DNA of 64,000 nt. Origin: Octopus vulgaris. Lineage: Eukaryota. Below, piece after piece: positions 12,001 to 27,146 of the stretch. The stretch covers positions 11,036,001 through 11,100,000 of the forward strand of contig OX597842.1 in the NCBI GenBank assembly GCA_951406725.2, in the 5' to 3' direction. Position 1 is the stretch's first letter. The number at the start of each line of letters is the position of its first letter. Made by a program: the position numbers and the translations under genes. The notes beneath the pieces were generated by a model, which worked only from the letters and a program-made list of their open reading frames with translations, had not been told where the DNA came from and searched no databases.

Positions 12001-13035
12001 GTAATATCACGATTAATTACATTAGGTTCATAATTGAAAAAATATGATTCTATTTTAAATATTTTTTATATACAGATTTTGCTCAAATTCCGAAATTTTT
12101 TCACAAATAAATATACAAGGAATATTGTAGTCTATCAGTTACGAATTACAAAATAATGTTATATACTAATTAAATAAAAATTAGTTTTTTAATGAGTATT
12201 TTTTAAATTTTTTATATGTTTTTATATGTATAGTTTTTTTAAACAATAGCTGAGGTATTTTGATTCAAAGTTAATTGCTTGGTGGGTGGGGTTACATACA
12301 AATATTTTCGTCACTAAAATCTATGAAGTTTGTGTCAGAACTGAATTATTGACGAAACTCAGAAGAACTTGCGAATGACTCAAACTTGACTCTAAGAATA
12401 CCTTTCAAAACCTCGAAAGCAGTGAAAAAAGACTTGGATGGCTCAGTACCCTTAGAAAACAAACAATAAAAAACAGTGGGAAGTAGTCTGCTACAGAGAA
12501 TAGGATACCGTTCTTTTGAAACTCCAGTTAAACTATCTGGGATCTTTACCTCTTGACCGACAGATTTTTAAAATATTTTTTTGTAACTAAACACTTTCAA
12601 ACTTCAGACACTGATAGAATGTGTCATATAAAACATCTTTTACTCTTAGCATTTTTAAGAGAAAATTATATTTACGAAGTTATTTCACGTTAAAGTTCTC
12701 GTATTTCGGTAATTTCAACCAATCAATGACGTGTATTCAGCTGAATAAAATTACTACCGTTGTTTGTCAACAAGAACTTTCGGCTATGTATTTTTCGTTA
12801 TAGGGTTTGAAACCTCATCTTATTGTATTATATGTAGTGGTTTATAACCTCAATTGTGTGTTTTAAAAAAACATGTTAAGTAAGAGGTTTTAGTGCCTCC
12901 TTCTTGTAAGAGGTTTGAAACCTCATATTGATTTTTAAAAAAAGAAAATACGTTTCCGAGAAACGGGTGTTGGGTTTCGTCTCTCATTTATTCATTCTGT
13001 TTCATTTTCATTCATTAATGTGTTTGTCCAGCACG

Positions 13036-13452
13036 AAGGTGGTGAGCTGGCAGAAACGTTTGCACGCCGGGCGAAATGCGGAGCCGTATTTCGTTTGCTG
13101 TTAGGTTCTGAGTTCAAATTCCGCCGAGGTCGACTTTGCCTTTCATCCTTTCGGGGTCGATAAATTAAGTACCAGTTACGCACTGGGGGTCGATGTAATC
13201 GACTTAATCCGTTTGTATGTCCTTGTTTGCCCCTCTATGTTTAGCCCCTTGTGGGTAATAAAGAAATAAGTATTTCGTCTACCGCTACGTTCTGAGTTCA
13301 AATTCCGCCGAGGTGGACTTTGCCTTTCATCCTCTCGGGGTCGATAAATTAAGTACTAGTTACGCATTGGGGTCGATGTTATCGTCTTAATCCGTTTGTA
13401 TGTCCTTGTTTATCCCCTCTATGTTTAGCCCCTTGTGAGTAGTAAAGAAATA
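13036..13452 (+). mobile_element. SINE family B dimer with a 16-bp target-site duplication
   Basis: One head plus two bodies. GTGTTTGTCCAGCACG occurs at 13020-13035 and 13453-13468. Confidence 0.9.
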
Positions 13453-13512
13453 GTGTTTGTCCAGCACGCAGCTACTCTGTATACTGCTTTTTTGGCAAAT
13501 AAAATGAAATAT

Positions 13513-13900
13513 AGTAGCTTGCTTACTAACCACATGGTTCTGGGTTCAGTCCCACTGTGTGGCACCTTGGGCAAGTGTCTTCTACTATAGCTTCGGGCCG
13601 ACTAAATCCTTGTGAGGGAATTTTGGTAGACGGTAACGGATAGAAGCCCGTCGTATGTATGTATGTATGTATGTATGTGTGTCTGTGTTTGTCCCCCCAA
13701 CATCACTTGACAACCGATGCTGGTGTGTTTACGTCCCTGTAACTTAGCGGTTCGGCAAAAGAGACCAATAAAATAAGTACTAAGTTTACAAAGAACAAGT
13801 CCTGGAGTCGATTTGCTCGACTATAAAGGCAGTGCTCCAGCAAGGCCGCAGTCAAAATGACTGAAACGAGTAAAAGAATATAAGAGTAAAAGAATATAAA
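13513..13900 (+). mobile_element. SINE family A, 5'-truncated
   Basis: Homology to other family A copies. Confidence 0.85.
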
Positions 13901-13951
13901 AGGGAGACGAAAATCTCGATGCCCTTCAGCTCCGTAGAGCGTTATTTGTGT

Positions 13952-14574
13952 GCGCAATGGCCCAGTGGTTAGGGCAGCGGACTCGCGGTTTCGATTCCCA
14001 GACTGGGCGTTGTGAGTGTTTATTGAGCGAAAACACCTAAAAGCTCCAGGAGGCTCCGGCAGGGGATGGTGGTGATCCCTGCTGTACTCTTTCACCACAA
14101 CTTTCTCTCACTCTTACTTCCTGTTTCTGTTGTACCTGTATTTCAAAGGGCCGGCCTTGTCACTCTCTGTGTCACGCTGAATATCCCCGAGAACTACGTT
14201 AAGGGTACACGTGTCTGTGGAGTGCTCAGCCACTTACACGTTAATTTCACGAGCAGGCTGTTCCGTTGATTCGGATCAACCGGAATCCTCGTCGTCGTAA
14301 CCGACGGAGTGCTCCTGCAGGGGTTGGTGGTGATCCCTGCTGTACTCTTTCACCACAACTTTCTCTTACTCTTGCTTCCTGTTTCTGTTGTACCTGTATT
14401 TCAAAGGGCCGGCCTTGTCACTCTCTGTGTCACGCTGAATATCCCCGAGAAGTACGTTAAGGGTACACGTGTCTGTGGAGTGCTCAGCCACTTACACGTT
14501 AATTTCACGAGCAGGCTGTTCCGTTGATTCGGATCAACCGGAACCCTCATCGTCGTAACCGACGGAGTGCTTCC
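13952..14574 (+). mobile_element. SINE family C with duplicated body
   Basis: tRNA-like head GCGCAATGGCCCAGTGGTTAG...TTTCGATTCCC. The body is repeated (14056-14314 and 14310-14572). RTE-like tail CGTCGTAACCGACGGAGTGC. ATTTGTGTGCGC flanks at 13944 and 14575. Confidence 0.9.
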
Positions 14575-15031
14575 ATTTGTGTGCGCGTGTGTATGTGCGT
14601 GTGTGTGCGTGTGTGCGTGTCTGTGTGTGTGTATGAGCGTGTATGTGTGTGCGTACGTGCGAATGTGTGTGGGGGGTGGGGGTATTGAATAACGGAAGGG
14701 GTCATTTCTTGATCCTGTTGATTTTGTAGCTGCTCAGTAGTCGCCTTTTGAAAACCTAACGAGAAGCCATTGAGAAAGTCACTGATGCGTAGCGAAATAT
14801 TTTGGTCAAATAATTACGGATTGATTTAAATGAATAATTAAAAACGTATATGCAAGCGGTCTAAGTGGTTTCATTGGCAAATTGATTCTCGTCCAATACC
14901 CAAATATCGATTTTCTTCAACTGATGACATTACCACCAAATTTCCTCTGACGCAAATCTAGAAACGAAATATTTATCTATCTCGCTGTTTGTTTATATCT
15001 ATTTATCTATCCATGTATCTCTCTCTCTCAC

Positions 15032-15584
<553 letters not shown>

Positions 15585-15599
15585 GAGAGTGAATATACT

Positions 15600-15848
15600 A
15601 CTATCATGTTCTTAAGAATGAAATCAACCTCTCTGTCTACATATCTACCCTCTATATAATGAGATGAAATATTGATAAGAATGTGCATTTTCTGTTTAAT
15701 TGGAAAATTCTATATGTGGCTGAAGATTGCTCGACATTTCAAAACTGATGTAATACTTACAGTATTTAATAAAATGAAGTAGTATGAAACAATTCTACTA
15801 CTCTACTTTGGATATACTTGTTGCTTATTTTGATTATAATCACCCCAC
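15600..15848 (+). mobile_element. Penelope-like remnant with a decayed hammerhead
   Basis: CTGAAGA at 15720 and GAAAC at 15786, followed by AATTCTA. The tail CTTGTTGCTTATTTTGATTA is shared with 35088-35320 and 55385-55557. Confidence 0.55.
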
Positions 15849-16094
15849 TATATATATATATTTGTCTATCTATCTGTCAGTTTATCTATCTATACACCCA
15901 CCTACATACACACACACGCACACCCACACACACATGCGCGCATATGTATACGCATAATTAACGATCTTTCTCTGTACTTATCTATCTTTAGCTATCTCTG
16001 TCTTCCTTCAGGCTCTCCACTTATCTATATATTCATCATTCTATCTGTCTATTTATATATTTATCTGTACACAAACACACATATACATATAATC

Positions 16095-17380
16095 TTTTCT
16101 ACTCTAGGTACAAGGCCAGTCGATTAGATCGACCCAGTACGCAACTGGTACTTAATTTATCCACCCTGAAAGGATGAAAGGCAAAGCTGACCTCGACGAA
16201 ATTTGAACTCAGAACGTTAAAGACAGACGAAATACCTATTTCTTTATTACCCACAAGGGGCTAAACACAGAGGGGACAAACAAGGACAGACATAGGTATT
16301 AAGTCGATTACATCGACGCCAGTGCGTAACTGGTACTTAATTTATCGACCCCGAAAGGATGAAAGGCAAAGTCGACCTCGGCGGAATTTGACCTCAGAAC
16401 GTAGCGGCAGACGAAATACCTCTAAGCATTTCACCTGGCGTGCTAATGATTCTGCATTTTGGCCGCCTTATGCACACATTCAATTAACGATCTTTATATC
16501 TATTTATCTATGTTTATCTCTGTGTCTCCCCGTGTGTCTACCTACATACCTACCTACATTTTGAGTTCAAATTACGCCGAGGTCGACTTTGCCTTTCATC
16601 CCTTCGGGGTCGATAAATTAAGTACCATTTGCGTACCTCCCCAAAATATTCGGGCCGTGCCTAGAGTAGAAGAGAAAAGAAAATTTATGTATCAAAATAA
16701 GGAGGCAAGCTGGCAGAACCGTTAACACGCTGGACGAAATGCTTAGCGGTCTTTCGCCCGTCGCTACGTTCTGAGTTCAAATTCCCTCGAGGTCGACTTT
16801 GCCTTTCATCCTTTTTATGGTTGATAAAACAAGTACCAGTTGTGTACTGGGGTCGATGTAATCTATTTCTTTATTACCCACAAGGGGCTAAACATAGAGG
16901 AGACAAACAAGGACAGACAAACGGATTAAGTCGATTACATCGACCCCAGTGCGTAACTGGTACTTAATTTATCGACCCCGAGAGGATGAAGGGCAAAGTC
17001 GACCTCGGCGGAATTTGAACTCAGAACGTAACGACAGACGAAATACGGCAACGCATTTCGCCCGTCGTGCTAACGATTCTGCCAGCTCGCCGCCTTGTCG
17101 ATAAATAAGTACCGTATGAGTACTGGGGTCGATATAATCGACTGGCCCCTTCCCCAAAAATTTCGGGCCATTCCCAGAGTAGAAAAGAAAAGAAAATTTA
17201 TGTATGAAAATAAGGAGATGAGCTGGCAGAATCGTTAGCTCGCTGGACGAAATACTTAGCAGTCTTTCGCCCGTCGCTACGTTCTGAGTTCAAATTCCGC
17301 CGAGGTCGACTTTGCCTTTCATGGTTGATAAAACAAGTACCAGTTGCGTACTGGGGTCGATGTAATCGACTTATCCCCCA
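16095..17380. mobile_element. Cluster of SINE family B copies in both orientations
   Basis: Minus-strand copies at about 16095-16468 and 16864-17096. Plus-strand copies at about 16560-16680, 16700-16862 and 17212-17380. Confidence 0.85.
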
Positions 17381-17384
17381 CCTG

Positions 17385-17965
17385 CCCTCCAAGCTACTAT
17401 TCTGGCAAAAAACCTGAAATAATTTATCTATCAAAATATTTCCACCACATTTAAGAATCTCTCCAGTAACGGAATTCTCCCCAGATATTCCATTTGTCAG
17501 TTGTTTTATAACCACTTTCACACCATCCAAACATGGATCCAATGTGAGAGAATCAATCATTCTTCTTTGCTGGCTATTATTGATTGAGTTCAACTCTACA
17601 TTAGCATCTCTGTTGTGTTCATCTTTAAAACACGCAGCCCAGCATTTCAATGCCATTACGAGATGTGAGAAGAAGTCCTTCTGTAGAAAGAATAGCAGAA
17701 AACACTCCTTTACTTGGATCAAATGCACCCTTCAAATTTTTGATAAATGCCTTTCATGTCGGGTTTGTCAGGTGATTCTTGCAAAGTTTTGGCCTTTTGC
17801 TCCTACCACTGTTGCGTCATTTTTCGGTGTTTAGTTTGATTATAATTCTTGGCAAACACGTTAAGCCATTTTCTTTCTTTCACCGTTCGTATAAGGAATC
17901 CCTTTTTCTCATGTTTCTTTAATCTGTTCATTTGTTACCTTGCCATTTTTCATCAAACCAATCTT
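17385..17965 (-). pseudogene. LINE (RTE/CR1-like) ORF2 fragment just upstream of the RT domain
   Basis: GVKVVIKQLTNGISGENSVTGEILKCGGNILIDKLFQVF resembles EVxxAIKQLKxGKAxGxDxIxxEILKxGGxxLxxxLxxLF. The frame is disrupted. Confidence 0.75.
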
Positions 17966-18082
17966 GAGATTTAGAAATTCAATATTTCTTATTTTGATAA
18001 TCAGTGAATAGACTTCACTGAATAATGATATATACAAATACGAAGTCGAGGCAAATATCACCAGCTGACCGGTGTCTGCTAC

Positions 18083-18128
18083 TCTAGGCCGATGAAGGAC
18101 AACGATCCTGAAACACGGTGTCCCTAGA
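18083..18128 (+). ncRNA. Minimal type I hammerhead ribozyme motif (CCGAUGA core variant)
   Basis: TCTAGG-CCGATGA-AGGA-caacga-TCCT-GAAAC-ACGGT-GTC-CCTAGA. Stems I (6 bp) and II (4 bp) are perfect; the triplet is GUC. Confidence 0.75.
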
Positions 18129-18462
18129 TGCGGTTCCGGCGGCCGGGGGTTTTTGTCTCCCCTTCGTATATGTATATAAGGACACAGGGAAAAAATGTGT
18201 CAAAGCTATCAGGAGGCGTTCGATGCTTCCTAGGGCTATACAGCGGTGGTGTACCCCCTACTGTCACGTTCTTGTTAGATTGACAGTATACAACCATTCT
18301 ATCGCCCCACACCGTACATGTCTCTACGAGAGATTTAGAAATTCAATATTTCCAATCTTGATATCAATGGCATGAAAACCCCAAAACTTCTCTGGACGAC
18401 TCATAAATCCTATCTCTATGTTGACCCCATGGTTCTTCTACATTTTCTGTGATTCTTCGATT

Positions 18463-18675
18463 CAGACAGACGAAACGGTCTTCTCAAGACGTGGATACAA
18501 TCGAGGAAGGACCTTTGTTACCTGAGCGGTTTGTCCGCAGAGGAGGGTGTCGCGACACTAGACATTATTTTCTTTATGCGGTGCCATGCCGGAATCGCGA
18601 CACACAAGAGGAATACATACGTCAGTCGGTTCTTCCAGGAACCACGATTTTCAGCGACTAGTGGCGGGCCTAATT
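18463..18675 (+). pseudogene. Merlin / IS1595 (ISXO2-like) DDE transposase fragment, frameshifted
   Basis: QTDETVFSRRGYNRGR, a frameshift, then GGCRDTRHYFLYAVPCRNRDTQEEYIRQSVLPGTTIFSD*WRA*. Matches the IDE..F.KRKYNRGR...GG.CR.T...F...V..R...TL...I...V.PGTTI.SD.W.AY pattern. Confidence 0.8.
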
Positions 18676-18820
18676 TCGCATTCCTGAAATTGGTTTTAAT
18701 TTTCAATATAGAAAATTTGTGTACTGGGGTTGATCTAATCGACTGGCCCCCTCCCCTCAAAATTTCGCACCATGTGCCTAGAGTAGAAAGGAATAAGTGT
18801 GTGAATCAGCGAAGAGAATA

Positions 18821-19666
18821 TCTTTATATATAAAAAAAAAGTTGTGTCTGTCTCCTACGATTTAGATTCCTAACTACTCCCACATTTTGCGGTGCAGTGT
18901 AACCACAAGCTGGTATCTTATAGTTGTGATTCATATCGAGCCCTTCTGGGTATTAGCGCGCGTCTACGATGAGTCTACGATTTTTAAAATAATTTACCAT
19001 CATTTTTTCTATTTTAATGCATTTTTTCGCTAAGGGATGTAACTCTCTAAAAATGACTACGATGAGTCTACGATTTTAAAAATAATTTACCATCATTTTT
19101 TTCCATTTTAATGCATTTTTCGCTAAGGGAAGTAACTTTCTAAAAATGTCTACGATGAGTCTACGATTTTAAAAATAATTTACCATCATTTTTTTCCATT
19201 TTAATGCATTTTTTCGCTAAGAGAAGTAACTTTCTAAAAAATGTCTACGATGAGTCTACGATTTAAAAAATAATTTACCATCATTTTTTTCCATTTTAAT
19301 GCATTTTTTCGCTAAGGGAAGTAACTTTGTAAAAATGTCTACGATGAGTCTACGATTTTTAAAATAATTTACCATCATTTTTTTCCATTTTAATGCATTT
19401 TTTCGCTAAAGGAAGTAACTTTCTAAAAATGTCTACGATGAGTCTACGATTTTAAAAATAATTTACCATCATTTTTTTCCATTTTAATGCATTTTTTCGC
19501 TAAGGGAAGTAACTTTCTAAAAATGTCTACGATGAGTCAACGATTTAAAAAAAATTTACCATCAAATTTTTTCCATTTTTTTGCTATTTTTTGGCTATAA
19601 CTCTCTAAAAATGATTATATAATTATTTCCCTTACAAACCCGAGCAACGCCGGGCGATACTGCTAG
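18821..19666 (+). mobile_element. Non-autonomous Helitron-like element with an internal 94-bp tandem array
   Basis: A|TC 5' end, subterminal hairpin CCCGAGCAACGCCGGG, CTAG|T 3' end. Seven units start at 18962, 19055, 19148, 19243, 19337, 19431 and 19525. Confidence 0.8.
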
Positions 19667-19748
19667 TCTTGAATAAAACCATAATTACCTGATCTTCCTG
19701 TATTTTCTTTTACCCAACGCAAGGAGCTATTTAGCACCATAGATAGAT

Positions 19749-20222
19749 ATGTTTCTTTATTGGCCACACAGGGCTGCACACAGACGAGACAAATTACAAG
19801 GTAGAGCTTTTCTTTCTGGGGATTAAAAAAAAAACGTGTATTGGTTTTCGATCAAAAGGGATCGTAAATGGAAAGAAAGAGGAAAGCAAAAAACAAATAA
19901 GAGCAAAAAATAGGTGGGGAATAGAAATAAAAGGAAAAAGAAAAAATCGATCAATAGGGATCGTTATCACAGAAATGTCAATATAAAGTGTAAAGGGGGA
20001 TGCAAGTGTTGTTTACCCGTGGAAAGAAAAGCCTACGGAAAAGACCACGGTAACCTCGGTCAATGAAGTCCCATGTTAAATTTTTTTACAAATAAGCAAC
20101 TCTCTGTAATAAATTTTATGGTTCATAGAATCATAGTCAAGGTGGCTTCGTCATTCATACGTGCCATCCTTGCTACATTCACCCATCTTTTTTTAAAACA
20201 TTCACTAGACAAAACTTGCCTC
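19749..20222 (-). mobile_element. 5'-truncated Tx1-like LINE 3' end in (GATA)n, copy 1
   Basis: Encodes RQVLSSECFKKRWVNVARMARMNDEATLTMIL*. The 3' end is AATAAAGAAACATA followed by (TCTA)n. Confidence 0.65.
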
Positions 20223-20224
20223 AT

Positions 20225-20274
<50 letters not shown>

Positions 20275-20289
20275 ACACACACAAACACA

Positions 20290-20694
20290 TACTCTTTACT
20301 CTTTTACTTGTTTCAGTCATTTGACTGCGGCCATGCTGGAGCACCGCCTTTAATCGAGTAACTCGACCCCGGGACTTATTCTTTTTGTAAGCCCAGTACT
20401 TATTCTATCGGTCTCTTTAGCCGAACCGCTAAGTAACGGGGACATAAACACACCAGCATCGGTTGTCAAGCAATGCTAGGGGGACAAACACACTCACACA
20501 AACACACACACGTATATATATACATATATACGACGGGCTTCTTTCAGTTTCCATCTACCAAATCCACTCACAAGGCTTTGGTCGGCCCGAGGCTATAGTA
20601 GAAGACACTTGCCCAAAGTGCCACGCAGTGGGAACTGAACCCGGAACCATGTGATTGGTAAACAAGCTACTTACCACACAGCCACTCCTGCGCC
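20290..20694 (-). mobile_element. SINE family A, full length
   Basis: Homology to other copies. Confidence 0.9.
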
Positions 20695-21308
20695 ATATTG
20701 TATTTTAAACAGCTAACGTTGCGAAGTGAGTGAGGAACGAGATTTTTATAAGACGCATAAATTAAGTAAATACCACGCACTCAACAATTGACCCTGTATC
20801 GTTTTCCGTGGTGTTATTGCTCATTTCCTAATCTTCCTCGTTACCATCGTAAAGATAATGGCCTATTATCTTACTATCTCGCTTTATTACCCCTTAAAGA
20901 TAATGACAATGGCATATTAAAACACAAACAATACCTTTGGGGGGTCTGTATGTTTTTTATTTCTAGGTATTATGGCTAAAATATGCAACGCGATACACCG
21001 TTTCATATTACCGGTAAATTCTACAAAATGAGAAAGTTGCAGCCATTGTTTCATCTTTCAGATGCATACATAAATATATAATTTAACAAAGGTGGAATGA
21101 TTAGACCTCTTCAGGGTCAAATTAAGACCAAAGCCAGCGTCGTAACTTCATTTCTTGCCGAGATATCGCATTCTGGAAGTCGTGAAACTTTGACTGCGAT
21201 TTTATCGGTTTTAAGTTTTGGCGCTTACGACGGTCTGTTACTAAACGCCTCATGTCACGTCTACCAACCGTAGATATCTTTGAATATATACCAGAAGTAC
21301 ACACATGT

Positions 21309-21472
21309 AGGCGCAGGAGTGGCTGTGTGGTAAGTTGCTTGCTTACCAACCACATGGTTCCGGGTTCAGTTCCCACTGCATAGCATCTTGGGCAAGTGTC
21401 TTCTGCTATAGCCCCGGGCCGACCAAAGCCTTGTGAGTGGATTTGGTAGACGGAAACTGAAAGAAGCCTGTC

Positions 21473-21513
<41 letters not shown>

Positions 21514-21674
21514 CGAAGGAGTGGCTGTGTGGTAAGTAGCTTGCTTACCAACCACATGGTTCCGGGTTCAGTTCCCACTGCATAGCATCTTGGGCAAGTG
21601 TCTTCTGCTATAGCCCCGGGCCGACCAAAGCCTTGTGAGTGGATTTGGTAGACGGAAACTGAAAGAAGCCTGTC

Positions 21675-21715
<41 letters not shown>

Positions 21716-21876
21716 CGAAGGAGTGGCTGTGTGGTAAGTAGCTTGCTTACCAACCACATGGTTCGGGTTCAGTTCCCACTGCGTAGCATCTTGGGCAAGT
21801 GTCTTCTACTATAGCCTCGGGCCGACCAAAGCCTTGTGAGTGGATTTGGTAGACGGAAACTGAAAGAAGCCCATCG

Positions 21877-21908
<32 letters not shown>

Positions 21909-22135
21909 TGTGCGTGTTTGTGTGTCTGTGTTTGTCCCCCCCCCCAACATCGCTTGCCAACCGATGCTGGTGTGTTTACGTCCCCGTAACTTAGCGGTTC
22001 GGCAAAAGAGTCCGATAGAACAAATACTGGGCTTACAAAGAATATGTCCCGGGGTCGATTTGCTCGACTAAAAGGCGGTGCTCCAGCATGGCCGCAGTCA
22101 AATGACTGACACAAGTAAAAAAAAAGAAGAAAAAA
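21309..22135 (+). mobile_element. SINE family A with triplicated head
   Basis: Head modules at 21309, 21512 and 21714, each ending in (TA)n, then a single tail. Confidence 0.9.
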
Positions 22136-22202
22136 GAGAGAGGCATACATACATGGATATACACATACAACTAAGAATATGCACATGTGTGGAGGCACAA
22201 AG

Positions 22203-22465
22203 TCCCAGGTGTTTCGATTCCCAGACAGGGCGTTGTAAGTGTTTATTGAACGAAAACACCTAAAGTTCCACGAGGCTACGGCACAGGGTGGTGGCGAACC
22301 CTGCTCTACTCTTTCACCACAACTTTCTCTCACTCTTTCTTTCCTGTTTCTGTTGTACCTGTATTTCAAAAGGGCCGGCCTTGTCACACTCTGTGTCACG
22401 CTGAATCTCCCCGAGAACTGCATTAAAGGTACACATGTCTGTGGAGTTCTCAGCCACTTGCATGT
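22203..22465 (+). mobile_element. SINE family C fragment
   Basis: Homology to 13952-14574. Confidence 0.85.
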
Positions 22466-22476
22466 CAGACTGATAA

Positions 22477-24392
<1,916 letters not shown>

Positions 24393-24669
24393 GAGAGAGA
24401 GAGAGAGACGTATATGTACGCACACATATATACGTTTTATGGTATCACAGACACTATACGCACTAGGTAAGCATTAAGCAGCCATATTTAAATATGGGCT
24501 TCTCAGTTCCAAGAACGAAACTCTCAGCCCACGAGTAACTGTCATTACTTTATGGATGTTAAAAATAATACATGAGAATATATACAAATGTATTTACTTG
24601 AATTTCTCAAGCTAGATTCACCATAACCGACACACATACATAAGCATATGAAAAGAGAGGGACCTACAC

Positions 24670-24766
24670 AGGTTGTGTGTATGTGTATGTGTGCGTGTGT
24701 ATAAGTATATATATATATGTGTATGTATGCAAGTATATATACTTATATATCTATATATATATATGT

Positions 24767-24797
<31 letters not shown>

Positions 24798-25181
24798 CAT
24801 ATGTATATATATTTATATATATTCATATACATATGTATATATATATTTATATACATTCATATAAATATGTATATATATATATATACGTAAATATATATAC
24901 ATATATATATGTAAGTGTGTATGTATGTATGTATACATACATACATACAAACATACATATGCGTGTCTATATATAGATTATGAATGCATGTACGGTTATA
25001 TGCATGGGTATATATGTATATATATGCAGCCACAAATGCATATATATATATATATATATATATATACACGTATACATATATGCCTAGATATTTATATAGA
25101 TATATACTGACATATGTATATGTATGTATATATATATATATATATAAATATATATATATGTATATATATGTATGTATATAA

Positions 25182-25233
<52 letters not shown>

Positions 25234-25338
25234 CGCATATATGTGTAAACATGTATCTTACATCCATACATATATAATTCCATGTACATATTTATACACT
25301 CACACACACATACATACATACATACATACATACATACA

Positions 25339-25372
<34 letters not shown>

Positions 25373-25594
25373 CACACTTACACACACCTTACATTATCAG
25401 TGTATATATATTTTTTTTCTTTACGCCGTTTGTTTCTACGTCTTGAAAAAAGAAACCGCCTTACCGCCATTCTGGCAATTTGTCCTTCTAATGTAAGCGG
25501 CTCCCCCCATGCCCACCACCATATCTGTCATTCTTGACGTAAATAAAACTAACCATTACCGTTATTGTGGTTGTTCTTGCTGTCATTATTATTA

Positions 25595-25661
<67 letters not shown>

Positions 25662-25764
25662 CATTTCTTTTATTATCGTTTGTAGTCTTCGACTTATTCT
25701 TACTGCTACAAATACGCCGGGATATACACGTCTGTATATTCACATATATACATACTATATATAT

Positions 25765-25840
<76 letters not shown>

Positions 25841-25917
25841 TTACATATGTACATACGTATGCGCTTACGTATGAATATTTAAATATTACATGGCTATATA
25901 TATATATATGTTATATG

Positions 25918-25966
<49 letters not shown>

Positions 25967-26210
25967 GTATATATATACATGTTCATGCATAATTTATATT
26001 TTTATTACAAACTTTGTAACGACACGTGTACGTATATTGTTATCTATCAAACACACACACATATATATATATATACACGTATATGTATATATATATACAT
26101 GTATGTATGTATATATACATTTACGTATATATTCATGTATGTTGGTACATATATCTATGCATATATACACATGCACCTACATATATCTGTATATTCAAAT
26201 GGCGATACGT
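24670..26210. repeat. Compound (TA)n/(CATA)n/(ATT)n microsatellite field
   Basis: Direct reading. Contains a unique-sequence island at about 25410-25560. Confidence 0.9.
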
Positions 26211-26249
26211 TATTATTATTATTAATATTAATCAAATCGTCGCCACAGT

Positions 26250-26400
26250 TATCATCATCATCATCATCATCGTCATCATCATCATCATCAACATCATCAT
26301 TATCACCATCATCATCATCCTCATAATTATCATCATTATCATCATCATCACCATCATAATCATCATCATCATCATAATCATCATCACCATCATCATCATC

Positions 26401-26460
<60 letters not shown>

Positions 26461-26553
26461 GTCACCGTCACCGTCATCATCGTCATCACCATCATCATCA
26501 TCACCATCATCGTCATAATCACCATCATCATCGTCATCATCATCCTCATCATC

Positions 26554-26585
<32 letters not shown>

Positions 26586-26655
26586 CATTATAATCATCAT
26601 CGTCACCGTCATCATCATCGTCATCATAATCATCATCATCGTCATCGTCATCGTC

Positions 26656-26687
<32 letters not shown>

Positions 26688-26826
26688 CATCATCATAATC
26701 ATCATCACCATCATCGTCATCATCGTCATCCTCATCATCATCATCGTCATCATCATCATCTTCATCATTATAATCATCATCATCATCGTCATCATCCATG
26801 TTATCTTCGTCGTCTTCGTCGTCGTC
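26250..26826. repeat. (ATC)n microsatellite
   Basis: Direct reading. It produces the poly-Asp, poly-Ile and poly-Met ORFs. Confidence 0.95.
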
Positions 26827-27076
26827 ATGCGCACACGACGTCTTTCTCGTCATTATTATTCTTATGATTGCCTTCGTTTTCTGTGTTGCAATCCTTTCGT
26901 CTTTATTCTCATTCCGATCCCGTCAGCCCCCTCCCCCCCGTTCGCCATCTTGTTAGTAACAACAACATCCACCATGGCCACCCTCCCCGCCTTCCATTTT
27001 TTCCTTTCAAACGGCAGCGCTGAGGCCCATAAAATACATGATTTATGAGAGACAATCACCATAACGGACAAAAGCA

Positions 27077-27100
27077 GAGAGAGAAACACGGAGAGACTGG

Positions 27101-27146
<46 letters not shown>

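Noticed and set aside
12538-12810. Possible MITE or DNA-transposon end
   Set aside because: It looks repeat-like, but there is no second copy, inverted terminus or duplication in the window to support a call.
14921-14975. CTGATGA...GAAAC as a further hammerhead
   Set aside because: No stem II closure, stem III or stem I complement; a chance core match.
26026-27048. Asp-rich 'biomineralisation-like' ORF and poly-Ile ORF
   Set aside because: (ATC)n microsatellite with no signal peptide or supported exon structure.
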